From Labilithrix luteola (GTDB lineage Bacteria > Myxococcota_A > Polyangia > Polyangiales > Polyangiaceae), in NCBI RefSeq assembly GCF_001263205.1, contig NZ_CP012333.1:9576073-9608072 (forward strand): 32,000 bases of DNA, in the 5' to 3' direction. The notes beneath the pieces are model-generated. The model saw only the letters and a program-made list of their open reading frames with translations, did not search any database and was not told the origin of the DNA. Position numbers and translations under genes: made by a program. This document shows, piece by piece, positions 11,322 to 19,750 of this stretch. Position 1 is the stretch's first letter. Every line of letters starts with the position of its first letter.

Positions 11322-13025
11322 TCAGAATTCTTCGTAACCGTTCACGACCTTCTTGAGTGAGGCGGCCGGAGCCGATTTCGCCAGCGGAACGACGGTCCCT
11401 CGGGCCGGCTTGGTACGGACCCGCGGAGCAACCAGCGCGCGCGGTGCAGAACGGGCGGCGGGGACGACGTCGCGTGCGCCACCTTCGCCGAGCTCGAAGG
11501 CCGCGACAAGCGAACGGAGATGGCCCGACTTGTCCGACAGCGAGGTGGCGGTTGCCGACAGCTCCTCGGTCTGGGCCGCGTTGCTCTGCGTCACCTGGTC
11601 GACCTGCGTGACCGCCGTATTGACCTGATCGATCCCCGTGTTCTGCTCACGCGAGGCCGCCGCGATCTCCGCGACCATGTCGGTGACGCGCTTGACGGAG
11701 CGAACGATCTCTTCGAGCGTCCTTCCCGATTCGTCGACCTGCCGCGTTCCCGTCTCGACCTTGCTCGTCGAGTCGGCAATGAGGCCACGGATTTCCTTGG
11801 CGGCGCTGCCGGTGCGCTGCGCGAGGCTGCGAACCTCGGCTGCGACGACACCGAAGCCTCGCCCTTGCTCGCCGGCGCGCGCGGCCTCGACGGCGGCGTT
11901 GAGCGCGAGCAGATTGGTCTGGAACGCAATCTCGTCGATGGTCGTGATGATGTCGGCGATCTTCTTCGACGACTTCGTGATCTCGCTCATCGCGTCGACC
12001 GCGCTGCTCACCACCTGACCACCGCGCTCCGCAGCGTCGCGAGCGCTGTTGGCGAGCATCGACGCCTCCTGGGCGTTGTCCGTGTTTTGCTTCACCGTCG
12101 AGCTGATCTCCTCGAGGCTCGCCGCCGTTTCTTCGAGGCTCGCGGCCTGTTCCTGCGCACCGCCCGAGATCTGTTGGGCGCTTGCGGCAAGCTGCGAGGC
12201 GGCTGCCGAGACCTCCAGGGATACCCCTTGAACGCCGGCGAGCGTGCTGCGGATCGACCCGAGCGACCGATTCAACGCCGCCGCCATTGCGCCGACTTCG
12301 TCCTTGCGATCGACGTCGAGCTTCGCCGTCAAGTCGCCATGGGCCACGCGTTCGAGCACTGCCACGGCCTGCTTCATGGGCGTGGCGATCGCGCCTCCGA
12401 CGATGAAGACGAGCGAAGCGGCGAAGATCATGGCCAACGCGGTAACCGTGATACCGACGGTACGTCCGGTCGCGGTCTCGCGTTGCGTCTGTTCGAAGGT
12501 CTCGGCGACGAGCTCTTTCTTGACCTTGACGTACTCGTCGAGGACCGCGGCGAGGCGAATCCCCACCGACGATGCCGCCGAGAGCATCGCCTCGGCTTTG
12601 GTCAGGTCGGTAGACATGACCCGCACGGCATCACGAATCGCCGGTCCGTACTCCGCCATGAGGCGCTTCGCATCCGTGAGTCGCGCCAACTGATCGGGGC
12701 GCGTCGTGTACTTGGCGAGCTCGTCGAGGTCCGCGCGGAAAGTCGCCTCGTTCCCCTCCACTTCCTTCACCCATCGGAGCCGCCCTTCCTCGGTCTTTTC
12801 GAGCATCGCCGAGCGGTAATTACGGGCAATGGTCAGGCGTTCCGCGCTGGCACGTCGAGCCAGATCGAGTGCCACCATGTCGCGACGATAGGTCTCCTCG
12901 AGGGCCCTGCTCGTCTGCGTCGCTACGGTGTGACTCATCACGCCGAGGACGGCCAGCAACAGAACCATCGTTCCGAAGCTGATCGCCAGCTTGGTCATCG
13001 TCCGTAGATCGTAAAACCACCTCAT
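11322..13025 (-). CDS. Methyl-accepting chemotaxis protein (4-helix-bundle sensor, HAMP, MCP signalling domain)
   Basis: Highly conserved hairpin tip [40 protein letters not shown]. Two TM helices flank a ~170-aa helical periplasmic region. HAMP segment ([23 protein letters not shown]). ATG 13025 is preferred over the track start TTG 13031 because GGAGGA lies 6 nt upstream. The protein ends ...VVNGYEEF. Confidence 0.92.
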   Translation of the reverse strand: MRWFYDLRTMTKLAISFGTMVLLLAVLGVMSHTVATQTSRALEETYRRDMVALDLARRASAERLTIARNYRSAMLEKTEEGRLRWVKEVEGNEATFRADLDELAKYTTRPDQLARLTDAKRLMAEYGPAIRDAVRVMSTDLTKAEAMLSAASSVGIRLAAVLDEYVKVKKELVAETFEQTQRETATGRTVGITVTALAMIFAASLVFIVGGAIATPMKQAVAVLERVAHGDLTAKLDVDRKDEVGAMAAALNRSLGSIRSTLAGVQGVSLEVSAAASQLAASAQQISGGAQEQAASLEETAASLEEISSTVKQNTDNAQEASMLANSARDAAERGGQVVSSAVDAMSEITKSSKKIADIITTIDEIAFQTNLLALNAAVEAARAGEQGRGFGVVAAEVRSLAQRTGSAAKEIRGLIADSTSKVETGTRQVDESGRTLEEIVRSVKRVTDMVAEIAAASREQNTGIDQVNTAVTQVDQVTQSNAAQTEELSATATSLSDKSGHLRSLVAAFELGEGGARDVVPAARSAPRALVAPRVRTKPARGTVVPLAKSAPAASLKKVVNGYEEF

Positions 13026-13106
13026 CACCAATCCTCCGTCCTTCCTTGCGGTCGTTCCTGCGCAACCCGCGAAGGCGCGCTGCCAAGCGGTCGAAGCAGG
13101 TTCCCG

Positions 13107-13592
13107 TCACCGACCATCGAGGTCGGCAACGCCACCGCTCACGACTCGTTCGAGATCGAGCAGGACGACGAAGCGCTCCTGCGTTCGTGCAATGCCGCTG
13201 ATCATCGAGACGTCGACACGCCCTCGGAGCTCCGGCGCGCGCTCGATGTCCGAGGCGTCCAAGGACAGGACGTCCGAGACGCGGTCGACGACGAAACCGA
13301 CCGTCCGGCCGTGTACCGACACGACGATGATGACCGTCGAGGCACCGTGCTTCTCGCGCGCCAAGCCGAGCGCCGTGCGCATGTCGACCACCGGCACGAC
13401 CGCACCCCGGAGATTCATCACTCCACAGACATGCGGCGGCGCATGAGGCAGCACCGTCATCGGGCAAATCGCGCGAATCTCCTGCACGCGCAGGATCTCG
13501 ACGGCGTAGTCCTCGTTTCCGAGAGAGAAGCTCAGGTACTGCAGGCGGTTCGAAGCAATCACCGCCTGCGGGCGACGTTCAGCGACGTTCAT
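13107..13592 (-). CDS. cheW: Chemotaxis coupling protein CheW
   Basis: QYLSFSLGNEDYAVEILRVQEIR...VCGVMNLRGAVVPVVDMR...VIIVVSVHGRTVGFVVDRVSDVL is a typical CheW fold sequence. ATG 13592 (GGGAGA upstream) is preferred over the track start 13724. Confidence 0.9.
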   Translation of the reverse strand: MNVAERRPQAVIASNRLQYLSFSLGNEDYAVEILRVQEIRAICPMTVLPHAPPHVCGVMNLRGAVVPVVDMRTALGLAREKHGASTVIIVVSVHGRTVGFVVDRVSDVLSLDASDIERAPELRGRVDVSMISGIARTQERFVVLLDLERVVSGGVADLDGR

Positions 13593-13959
13593 GGGGATCT
13601 CCCGCGGTCGCTTCTCACCGCGGTCGAACGACGCCGGCGAGCTCACACGCGACCATCGCCTAGGAAAACGGCACGAACGTGTTTGTCTTGAAGTCGTCAG
13701 CGGCGGTTTTGCCTGGAATTTCAATGGCCGCGCTCGCGCCGCGATAGCTGGCTCCCGTTCGACCCCGGAACCCCGTCGAACGTGAGCGGCACGCGCCGGG
13801 GGCAGTCAGTCGTTTGCGCCGTCTCTGAGAAAGCCGTGAACCTCTCGTTCGACGTGCCTGCGTCGTCGCCGTGAACGCCCGCTGGACAGAGGGGCAGGTC
13901 CGACGTTGCGAACGCCAAAAGCATCCCTACGTTGAAGACTCCGGCAAGGAAGTGCTTCG

Positions 13960-14319
13960 ATGGAAAACCTGCACCACATCCGTTCTCATCTCCTCGACCT
14001 CCATCATGCGATGGTCCAAGAAGAGCGGCGCGTGTACGAAGACGCGCACGGCAAGGTGAGCGCTGGACAGTTTCTCGGCGCGCTCGTGAACGACGAGGCG
14101 TTTGCCTGGCTCCGTCCCATGACCGCGCTCATCGTCGAGCTCGACGAGAACGAAGCGAACGGCACGGTCGATGGCGACGCATGGCTCGCTCAAGTTCGCG
14201 GTCTGCTCTCACCCAACGCCGAAGGAACGGACTTCCAGCGTCACTACGAGGCGCTCCTCCAGCGCAGTCCCGACGTCGGGCTCGCGCACGGCGCAACGAT
14301 GCGCGCGCTCCGCTCCTGA
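13960..14319 (+). CDS. Small helical hypothetical protein (119 aa)
   Basis: ATG with AAGGAAG 7 nt upstream, and good GC3 bias. I recognise no family. Convergent with the decarboxylase gene, with only 9 bp between the stops. Confidence 0.55.
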   Translation: MENLHHIRSHLLDLHHAMVQEERRVYEDAHGKVSAGQFLGALVNDEAFAWLRPMTALIVELDENEANGTVDGDAWLAQVRGLLSPNAEGTDFQRHYEALLQRSPDVGLAHGATMRALRS

Positions 14320-14328
14320 GTCTCGCGT

Positions 14329-15771
14329 TCAGGGGGCTTTGGCGACGATCGCGTCGACGAGTGCCTGCAAATCCGGCTCGCGGCAGCGATGGTTCACGAT
14401 GGCCACGCGAATCGCGAGCTTTCCGTCGATGCGTGTCGTCGACGGCACGGCGACCCCGCTCTCCTGGAGCTCGACGACGATGTCTCGGTTGAGACGATCG
14501 GCGAGCTCGGGGTCGCCGTGTCGAACGCGGAAGCAAACGATGTTGAGGGGTACGGGCGCGAGCAGCTCGAGCGTCGGCTCGCTCGCCACGCGCGCTTCGA
14601 GAACCTGCGCGAGACGGCACGTTTCGGCCATCGTGGCGCCGAGGCGATCGACACCGAACGTCTTCAGCGTGAACCAGACCTTGAGGGCGCGGAAACCACG
14701 CGAGAGGTCGGGACCGAAGTCCGTGAACCACGGCTGGCCGGCGGAGAGCCCTCGCTCGTCGCGGGCGAGATAGGCCGGCTCGTCGGCAAAAGCCGCGCGG
14801 TGCGCTTCACCGTCACGAACGAGGAGAAAGCCTGCGTCGTACGGGACCTGGCCCCATTTGTGGAAGTCGAGCGCGATGGAGTCGGCCCGCTCGAGACCGG
14901 CAAGCTTGGGCGCGAGCTCCGGCGAGAACACGCCGAGGCTGCCGAACGCGCCGTCCACGTGGAACCAGAGATCGTTCTGCTTGGCGCATGTCGCGAGTGC
15001 ATCGAGGTGATCGATGGCCCCGATGTCGACGGTGCCGGCGTTGCCGACGACGAGAAACGGCGTGTGGCCCTCGGCGCGATCCTTCGCGATGGCCGCGGTG
15101 AGCGCGTCGAGGTTCATGCGATGCCCGGCGTCCGTCGGGATCATCCGCAGGTTCGCCGAGCCGAGCCCGCTGTGCTCCATCGCGCGCCGCACGCAGCCAT
15201 GCGCGGCCGTCGACGTGTACGCGATGAGGCGCATTCCCTCCGCCGCGAGCCCTCGCTCGCGCGTGGCGGCGCCGAGCCGTTTCGTCTTCGCCACGATCAC
15301 GGCGAGAAGGTTCGCCATCGACGTGCCGGTCACGAGGATGCCGGTGGCCGACTCGGGGAAGCCGAAGAGGCGCCTCATCCAGCGGACGATCTGCCGCTCG
15401 ACCTCGATCGCCGCATGGTCCCGCCCACCGACGTTCGGGTTCAGCCCGGCCGCGAGCAGCTCCGCCATCATGCCGTAAGGCGTGCCTCCGCCTTGCACCC
15501 AGCCGACGAACCGCGGGTGGGCGTTGCCGCTGCCGTACGGAAGGATGAGGCGTTCGAACTCGGCGTGAACGTCTTCGATGGGCGTCTCGCCGAACGGGAC
15601 GGGCGCGTCGAACGCCGATCGGACGTCGGCAGGCATCGGACGCCACGCAGGTCCATCGGCAAGGTGCTCGACGTGATCGACGATGCCATCGAGCATCTCG
15701 TGGGCCTTCTTGCGGAAGGCATCGAACGAAGGCGGGTCGAGCGTGGGCAGGCCGTCAGCGCGGCGAGGCAT
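14329..15771 (-). CDS. Pyridoxal-phosphate-dependent decarboxylase, group II (aromatic amino acid / diaminobutyrate decarboxylase-like)
   Basis: 480 aa. PLP-lysine motif SIALDFHKWGQVPYDAGFLLVRD. N-terminal NAHPRFVGWVQGGGTPYGMMAELLAAGLNPN and TGTSMANLLAV are typical of the Pyridoxal_deC family. Substrate not inferable. Confidence 0.85.
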   Translation of the reverse strand: MPRRADGLPTLDPPSFDAFRKKAHEMLDGIVDHVEHLADGPAWRPMPADVRSAFDAPVPFGETPIEDVHAEFERLILPYGSGNAHPRFVGWVQGGGTPYGMMAELLAAGLNPNVGGRDHAAIEVERQIVRWMRRLFGFPESATGILVTGTSMANLLAVIVAKTKRLGAATRERGLAAEGMRLIAYTSTAAHGCVRRAMEHSGLGSANLRMIPTDAGHRMNLDALTAAIAKDRAEGHTPFLVVGNAGTVDIGAIDHLDALATCAKQNDLWFHVDGAFGSLGVFSPELAPKLAGLERADSIALDFHKWGQVPYDAGFLLVRDGEAHRAAFADEPAYLARDERGLSAGQPWFTDFGPDLSRGFRALKVWFTLKTFGVDRLGATMAETCRLAQVLEARVASEPTLELLAPVPLNIVCFRVRHGDPELADRLNRDIVVELQESGVAVPSTTRIDGKLAIRVAIVNHRCREPDLQALVDAIVAKAP

Positions 15772-15902
15772 GGGCCCACTTTAGTCACCGCTGGGGCGAG
15801 AGAGACACGAGAGACAACCGCGCTTGCACGGAAAATTCGGGGGCGTTCGGCTGAGTTCGATGTCCCCGCTCGAGCTCGAGCGCGCAAAGCCACAAACCAG
15901 GA

Positions 15903-15937
15903 GACAAAAGCACGCGACCCGCGCGAGGCGGGTCACG
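15903..15937 (-). terminator. Terminator hairpin following rnpB
   Basis: On the minus strand, CGUGACCCGC (15937-15928) pairs with GCGGGUCGCG (15922-15913): a 10-bp stem including one G-U, with a 5-nt loop. Then UGCUUUUGUCUC follows. The hairpin starts 2 nt after the predicted P1 3' strand. Confidence 0.55.
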
Positions 15938-15939
15938 AG

Positions 15940-16390
15940 GTCGACGTCGTTCGTAAGCCGAGTTCTGTTCCGCTTGCGAGTCATCCCGCACGCGGCGGCG
16001 GTCATTCCTCTAGGGCGGCCGTTACCGGACGCCTCGAGCAGCCTACCCGCGAGCTCGGGCGAGTCGCCCTTTGCGATGTTGCCATCGCTCGCCCGCCTAC
16101 GTGGCCTTGCTCCCGATGGGGTCTGCCGTGCCGCCTTCGTTACCGAAGACGCGGTGGGCTCTTACCCCGCCGTTTCACCCTTACCCTCCGGACCTCACTC
16201 GAAGGACGCGCGCGAGCGCGCGAACTCGAAAGGTATCAGAAGGGCGGTCTTTCTCTGTTGCACTTTCCTTCGCGTTTCCGCGACCGGGCGTTACCCGGCA
16301 TCGCACTCTGTGGAGCTCGGACTTTCCTCCCGCGGTCACTCCCTCCTTGCGGAGGGCGAAACCACCGGCGATCGCCTGATCGGCATCGAC
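15940..16390 (-). ncRNA. rnpB: RNase P RNA, bacterial type A
   Basis: The minus strand contains the universal P4 strands GGAGGAAAGUCCGAGCUCCACAG (reverse complement of 16309-16331) and ACAGAACUCGGCUUAC (15953-15968). It also has CCGGGUAACGCCCGG and AGGGUGAAACGGCGGGGUAAGAGCCCACC. The ends form a P1 helix: GUCGAUGCCG at 16390-16381 with CGACGUCGAC at 15949-15940. Boundaries +/- 5 nt. Confidence 0.95.
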
Positions 16391-16396
16391 GCCCCC

Positions 16397-16425
16397 AACT
16401 TGGCCCATCGAGCCCAAAGAAGCAA
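16397..16425 (-). promoter_or_regulatory. Candidate sigma70-type promoter for rnpB inside the 3' end/trailer of the upstream gene
   Basis: On the minus strand: TTGCTT (16425-16420), a 17-nt spacer, then CAAGTT (16402-16397). This places +1 at about 16390, the predicted 5' end of P1. The -10 element is weak. Confidence 0.3.
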
Positions 16426-16429
16426 CCGC

Positions 16430-17812
16430 TCAGCCGTGGCGGGGCGCGGACTCTTCCGGCGTTGCTCGCACGAACGCAAGCAGGGTGACGAAGGGCACGA
16501 CCACGAGCCCGTAGCGCCCCGCGCCGAAGAAGACGGCGTGCGTGGCCGCGGTGAGCAGGATGGTGGCCGCCGTGGCGGGCAGAATGACGGGTGCTCGCGC
16601 GAGAGCGCGCGGCCCGAGCAGCAGAATCGCTGCCGCGCACGCCAAGTAGCCGACGGTCCCCGGAACGACCACGCACGCGGCGAGCCCCAGCGCGGCGATC
16701 ACGATGCGCGCACGCTTTCGCGGCCCGGGGAACTTGAGAACCGCCACCAACGCAGCCGCGAGCAAGAGCCGCGAAGCCAGCGTCTCGACGGTGCCGAGCG
16801 CGACCTTCGCGCCATATGGGAAGCGCGTCGCGTTCGCTTGATGCAGATACCACGGCGCGGCGCCGAAGTAGTCGAACGTCGCGCGCATCTTGGCCGGGAC
16901 GCGCGCGAGCCAAGCCAGCGGATCGGCTTCGATGACGTGCACGGCTTCGTGGCCGAAGCAGGCGTCTTTCGCGGCTTCGGCGAAGACCTCCTTGCAGGCC
17001 TCGGGGACCTTCATCTCCTGCCACGCGCCGTTCGTGGTCTGCGTTCCGATGGCGAGATTCCATCCTCCGTTCACGCTGACGAGCGCGCATCGCTCCATGC
17101 GCACGCAGTTACGAACGGTCCACGGCGCGCAGACCGCGAACGTGAGCGCCGTCACCAGCACAGCGGCCAGGCCTCGCACGGCGAGGCGCTCCTTCGGGGT
17201 CGCGGCGAGCAACCCCAGCACCGGGCCGTACGCAAGCGACTGCGGGCGAACGAGGGTGACGAGGCCCATGACGAGCCCCGTGAGGGCGAGCCAGCGCCAG
17301 CGACTCCTCGAATCGCCGCGCTCGGCTGCGTCACGAGCCCTGGCCGCGGTCGCGGTCGCCACCACTAGCAGCGCGGCGGTCATGCCTTCGGTCATCAGCG
17401 CCGCCGTGTACGGCACGAGCGCAGGATGCAGCGCGAAGGCGAGCCCGCCCAAGAGTGCGAGTCGACGAGACGTCGCGCGGGCGAGCAGACGGTAGCCGGC
17501 GAACACGGCCGCCGTGCCGGCCACCGCGTTCAGCACCATGGCGAGCACGGGGCGCGCGCCGAAGAGCGCATACATGCCGGCCACCAGTGCGGGGTAACCG
17601 ACCGGATAGTGCGCCGCGTACGTCACTGCACCGTCGGGCCAAAGCCACGTGTAGCCGTGCCCTTCGGCGATGCGCCGCGCGACGACGTCGTAGTAGCTGC
17701 CGTCGGCCGTCGGCGGGATGGCGCTCCCTGCCCAAAGCACCACGGCCAGCCGCGCGACGAGCGCGACCAACACGACGACGAGGCTGTCCGATGGGGCTCG
17801 ACGGAGTGTCAC
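16430..17812 (-). CDS. Polytopic membrane glycosyltransferase, GT39/ArnT/PMT_2-like
   Basis: 460 aa with about 10-12 hydrophobic helices. The N-terminal loop PTADGSYYDVVARRIAEGHGY resembles the acidic first periplasmic loop of ArnT/PMT-type enzymes. The GTG start overlaps the maf stop (GTGA, 17809-17812). The family call is tentative. Confidence 0.6.
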   Translation of the reverse strand: MTLRRAPSDSLVVVLVALVARLAVVLWAGSAIPPTADGSYYDVVARRIAEGHGYTWLWPDGAVTYAAHYPVGYPALVAGMYALFGARPVLAMVLNAVAGTAAVFAGYRLLARATSRRLALLGGLAFALHPALVPYTAALMTEGMTAALLVVATATAARARDAAERGDSRSRWRWLALTGLVMGLVTLVRPQSLAYGPVLGLLAATPKERLAVRGLAAVLVTALTFAVCAPWTVRNCVRMERCALVSVNGGWNLAIGTQTTNGAWQEMKVPEACKEVFAEAAKDACFGHEAVHVIEADPLAWLARVPAKMRATFDYFGAAPWYLHQANATRFPYGAKVALGTVETLASRLLLAAALVAVLKFPGPRKRARIVIAALGLAACVVVPGTVGYLACAAAILLLGPRALARAPVILPATAATILLTAATHAVFFGAGRYGLVVVPFVTLLAFVRATPEESAPRHG

Positions 17813-18447
17813 GGAACGAGGCCGAGCTCCTCGAGAGCGACGAGCACTTCGCAGGCCGGCAAACCGACCACGTTCGAATACGAGCCGTCGACGCGCGCCA
17901 CGAGTCCGGCGCCGAGTCCTTGCACGGCATACGCGCCCGCCTTGTCCATCCCCTCGCCGCTTTCGGCGTAGGCGCGGATGCGCGCGGCCGTCAGCGGTCG
18001 GAAGGTCACGCGCGTCACGACCGTTTGCTCGTGGAGCGTTCCGCCGGCGGCGCTTGCTCGGCCGATCGCGAAGCGCGTCCAGACCTCGTGCGTCTTTCCG
18101 GCGAGCCGCGCGATCATCGCCTCGGCCTCGTCAATCGATCCCGGCTTGCCCAGAATCGCCCCCTCGTCGATGACCGACGTGTCGGCGACGAGCACCGCGC
18201 CGGCGTTTTCGAGCGCGCTCCCGCCCGCGGCCCATGCGGCGTCGAGTTTCGCCAGAACCACGCGCGCGAGATACGCCGCAGCGTCCTCGCCGTCGCGCGT
18301 CGACTCGTCGGCCGAGGCCGGCCGCACGATGAAAGGAACCCGCAAATTCTCGAGGATCTCGCGACGTCGCGGGGAGCCGCTCGCCAAAAGGAGCGGCCGC
18401 TCGGCCGACAGACGTTGGCCCACGACGGGGCTCTCTGCGCGTGTCAT
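17809..18447 (-). CDS. maf: Maf-family nucleoside triphosphate pyrophosphatase (septum formation inhibitor-like)
   Basis: LLLASGSPRRREILENLRVPF near the N-terminus and GAYAVQGLGAGLVARVDGSYSNVVGLP near the C-terminus are Maf signatures. ATG 18447 is preferred; the track start TTG 18465 is possible. Confidence 0.9.
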   Translation of the reverse strand: MTRAESPVVGQRLSAERPLLLASGSPRRREILENLRVPFIVRPASADESTRDGEDAAAYLARVVLAKLDAAWAAGGSALENAGAVLVADTSVIDEGAILGKPGSIDEAEAMIARLAGKTHEVWTRFAIGRASAAGGTLHEQTVVTRVTFRPLTAARIRAYAESGEGMDKAGAYAVQGLGAGLVARVDGSYSNVVGLPACEVLVALEELGLVP

Positions 18448-18502
18448 GCGCCGTTCTTTTCCCAATGAAGCCGAAAGGTCAACTCTGGTATGGTGCGCGC
18501 GT

Positions 18503-19750
18503 ATGCGAGACCTTTCTGATTCGGCCCGGAGTCGTCGCGCTCACGGCACGATTCGGGGTCTCGCGGCCGGGCTTGATGCGGGTGGACGCGGGCTGGTCAG
18601 GCTGGTCGGGGGGGCGCTCATCGGGGGCGCCGTCCTCGCAAGCGCATCGAGCGCAAGCGCGCGGGAATGCTCGAACCCGCTCATCAACACCTGCATCAAC
18701 AGCGATACGTACTGGCCGAACCCCGGCCCCATGCGCTTCGCCACGGTCTCGGGAACCGAGACGGTCGCCGCGGGCCAGGTCGGGTTCGGACTCGTCACCA
18801 CGTATCTCTCGCGCCCCGTGCTCCTGCACGTCGCCTCCCCCGGACCGGGCGGTAGTGACCAGTACGTCGTCAACAATCAGGTCAACAGCAACTTCCTCTT
18901 TGCCTACGGCGTCACCAACCGGCTCGAGCTCGACATCGCGCTCCCGGTAACCTTCTGGCAGACCGGAGCCGGCACCACGCCGATCACCGGCGCGTCGGGC
19001 GACGGACTCCCGAACACGGCGATTCGCGATCTTCGCTTCGGCGCGGCCTTCGCGATCATCCCTCGCAATCGCGTGAGCCCCGAGCAGGCTGCCGGCGCGG
19101 CCGAGCCGAAGGGCAACGCCTACTCGCTCACCGCGCGCTTCGTCACGACCGCCCCCATCAGCGACGCCGACTTCGCGGGCGACCGCACCGCCGTTCTCGT
19201 TCCGAGCCTCAGCGCCGACTACCGAATCCAGAAATTCTTCTTCGGCGCCGAGCTCGGCGTGCGCATTCGGCCGGTGACGGAGTTCGCCGGCGCGCGCGTC
19301 GGAACGCAGCTCGCCACGGGCCTGGGCGCCGGTTACGACATCCTCGCGCGCGATCGCCTCAGCCTCATGCTCGAAGGCCGCGCCTACGTAAACTTCGCCG
19401 AGCAGCACGACACGAGTCAGTCTGCGTTCGGAATCTCGACGACCGAGAACGGCAAGCACATCACGCCTGCCGAGTGGTTCCTCGGACTTCGCTCCGCGCC
19501 CATCCTCGATGGCGACGTGGCGATTTTCGGTGGTGGTGGGGGCCCGATTCCGATTGGCGAAGCAGCCATCACAGTGCCGCGTTTTCGCTTCATCCTCGGC
19601 GTGACCTACGCGCCGCTGAAGCGAGACAACGACGGTGATGGCGTTCCCGACAAAAATGATCGATGCCCGACCCGCCCGGGCGTCAGCGGCGGTGAGCACC
19701 CAGGTTGTCCCGCTGGAGAAACTGGCGATGGCGAGACCAAGCCCCAATGA
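18503..19750 (+). CDS. Outer-membrane beta-barrel-like protein with a C-terminal thrombospondin type-3 (Ca-binding) repeat
   Basis: The track ORF 17978..19750 overlaps maf antisense, so the real start is probably ATG 18503 (MRDLSDS...). Signal region LVGGALIGGAVLASASSASA. Beta-strand-rich body (FLFAYGVTNRLELDIALPVTFWQ, RFRFILGVTYAP). TSP3 motif DNDGDGVPDKNDRCP at the C-terminus. Confidence 0.7.
   Translation: MRDLSDSARSRRAHGTIRGLAAGLDAGGRGLVRLVGGALIGGAVLASASSASARECSNPLINTCINSDTYWPNPGPMRFATVSGTETVAAGQVGFGLVTTYLSRPVLLHVASPGPGGSDQYVVNNQVNSNFLFAYGVTNRLELDIALPVTFWQTGAGTTPITGASGDGLPNTAIRDLRFGAAFAIIPRNRVSPEQAAGAAEPKGNAYSLTARFVTTAPISDADFAGDRTAVLVPSLSADYRIQKFFFGAELGVRIRPVTEFAGARVGTQLATGLGAGYDILARDRLSLMLEGRAYVNFAEQHDTSQSAFGISTTENGKHITPAEWFLGLRSAPILDGDVAIFGGGGGPIPIGEAAITVPRFRFILGVTYAPLKRDNDGDGVPDKNDRCPTRPGVSGGEHPGCPAGETGDGETKPQ

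Noticed and set aside
13698-13720. A sigma-54-like GG-N10-GC element (minus strand AGGCAAAACCGCCGCTG) upstream of cheW.
   Set aside because: Only the GGCA and GC dinucleotides match, and the TTGC of the -12 box is absent. Such partial matches are frequent in GC-rich DNA.
15867-15882. A perfect 16-bp palindrome, CGCTCGAGCTCGAGCG, in the promoter region of the PLP decarboxylase, considered as a possible operator.
   Set aside because: It is built from the very common CTCGAG/GAGCTC words of this genome; a similar GCTCGAGC hairpin occurs at 4847-4868. No adjacent regulator gene or second half-site supports it. It could still be tested by comparative footprinting.
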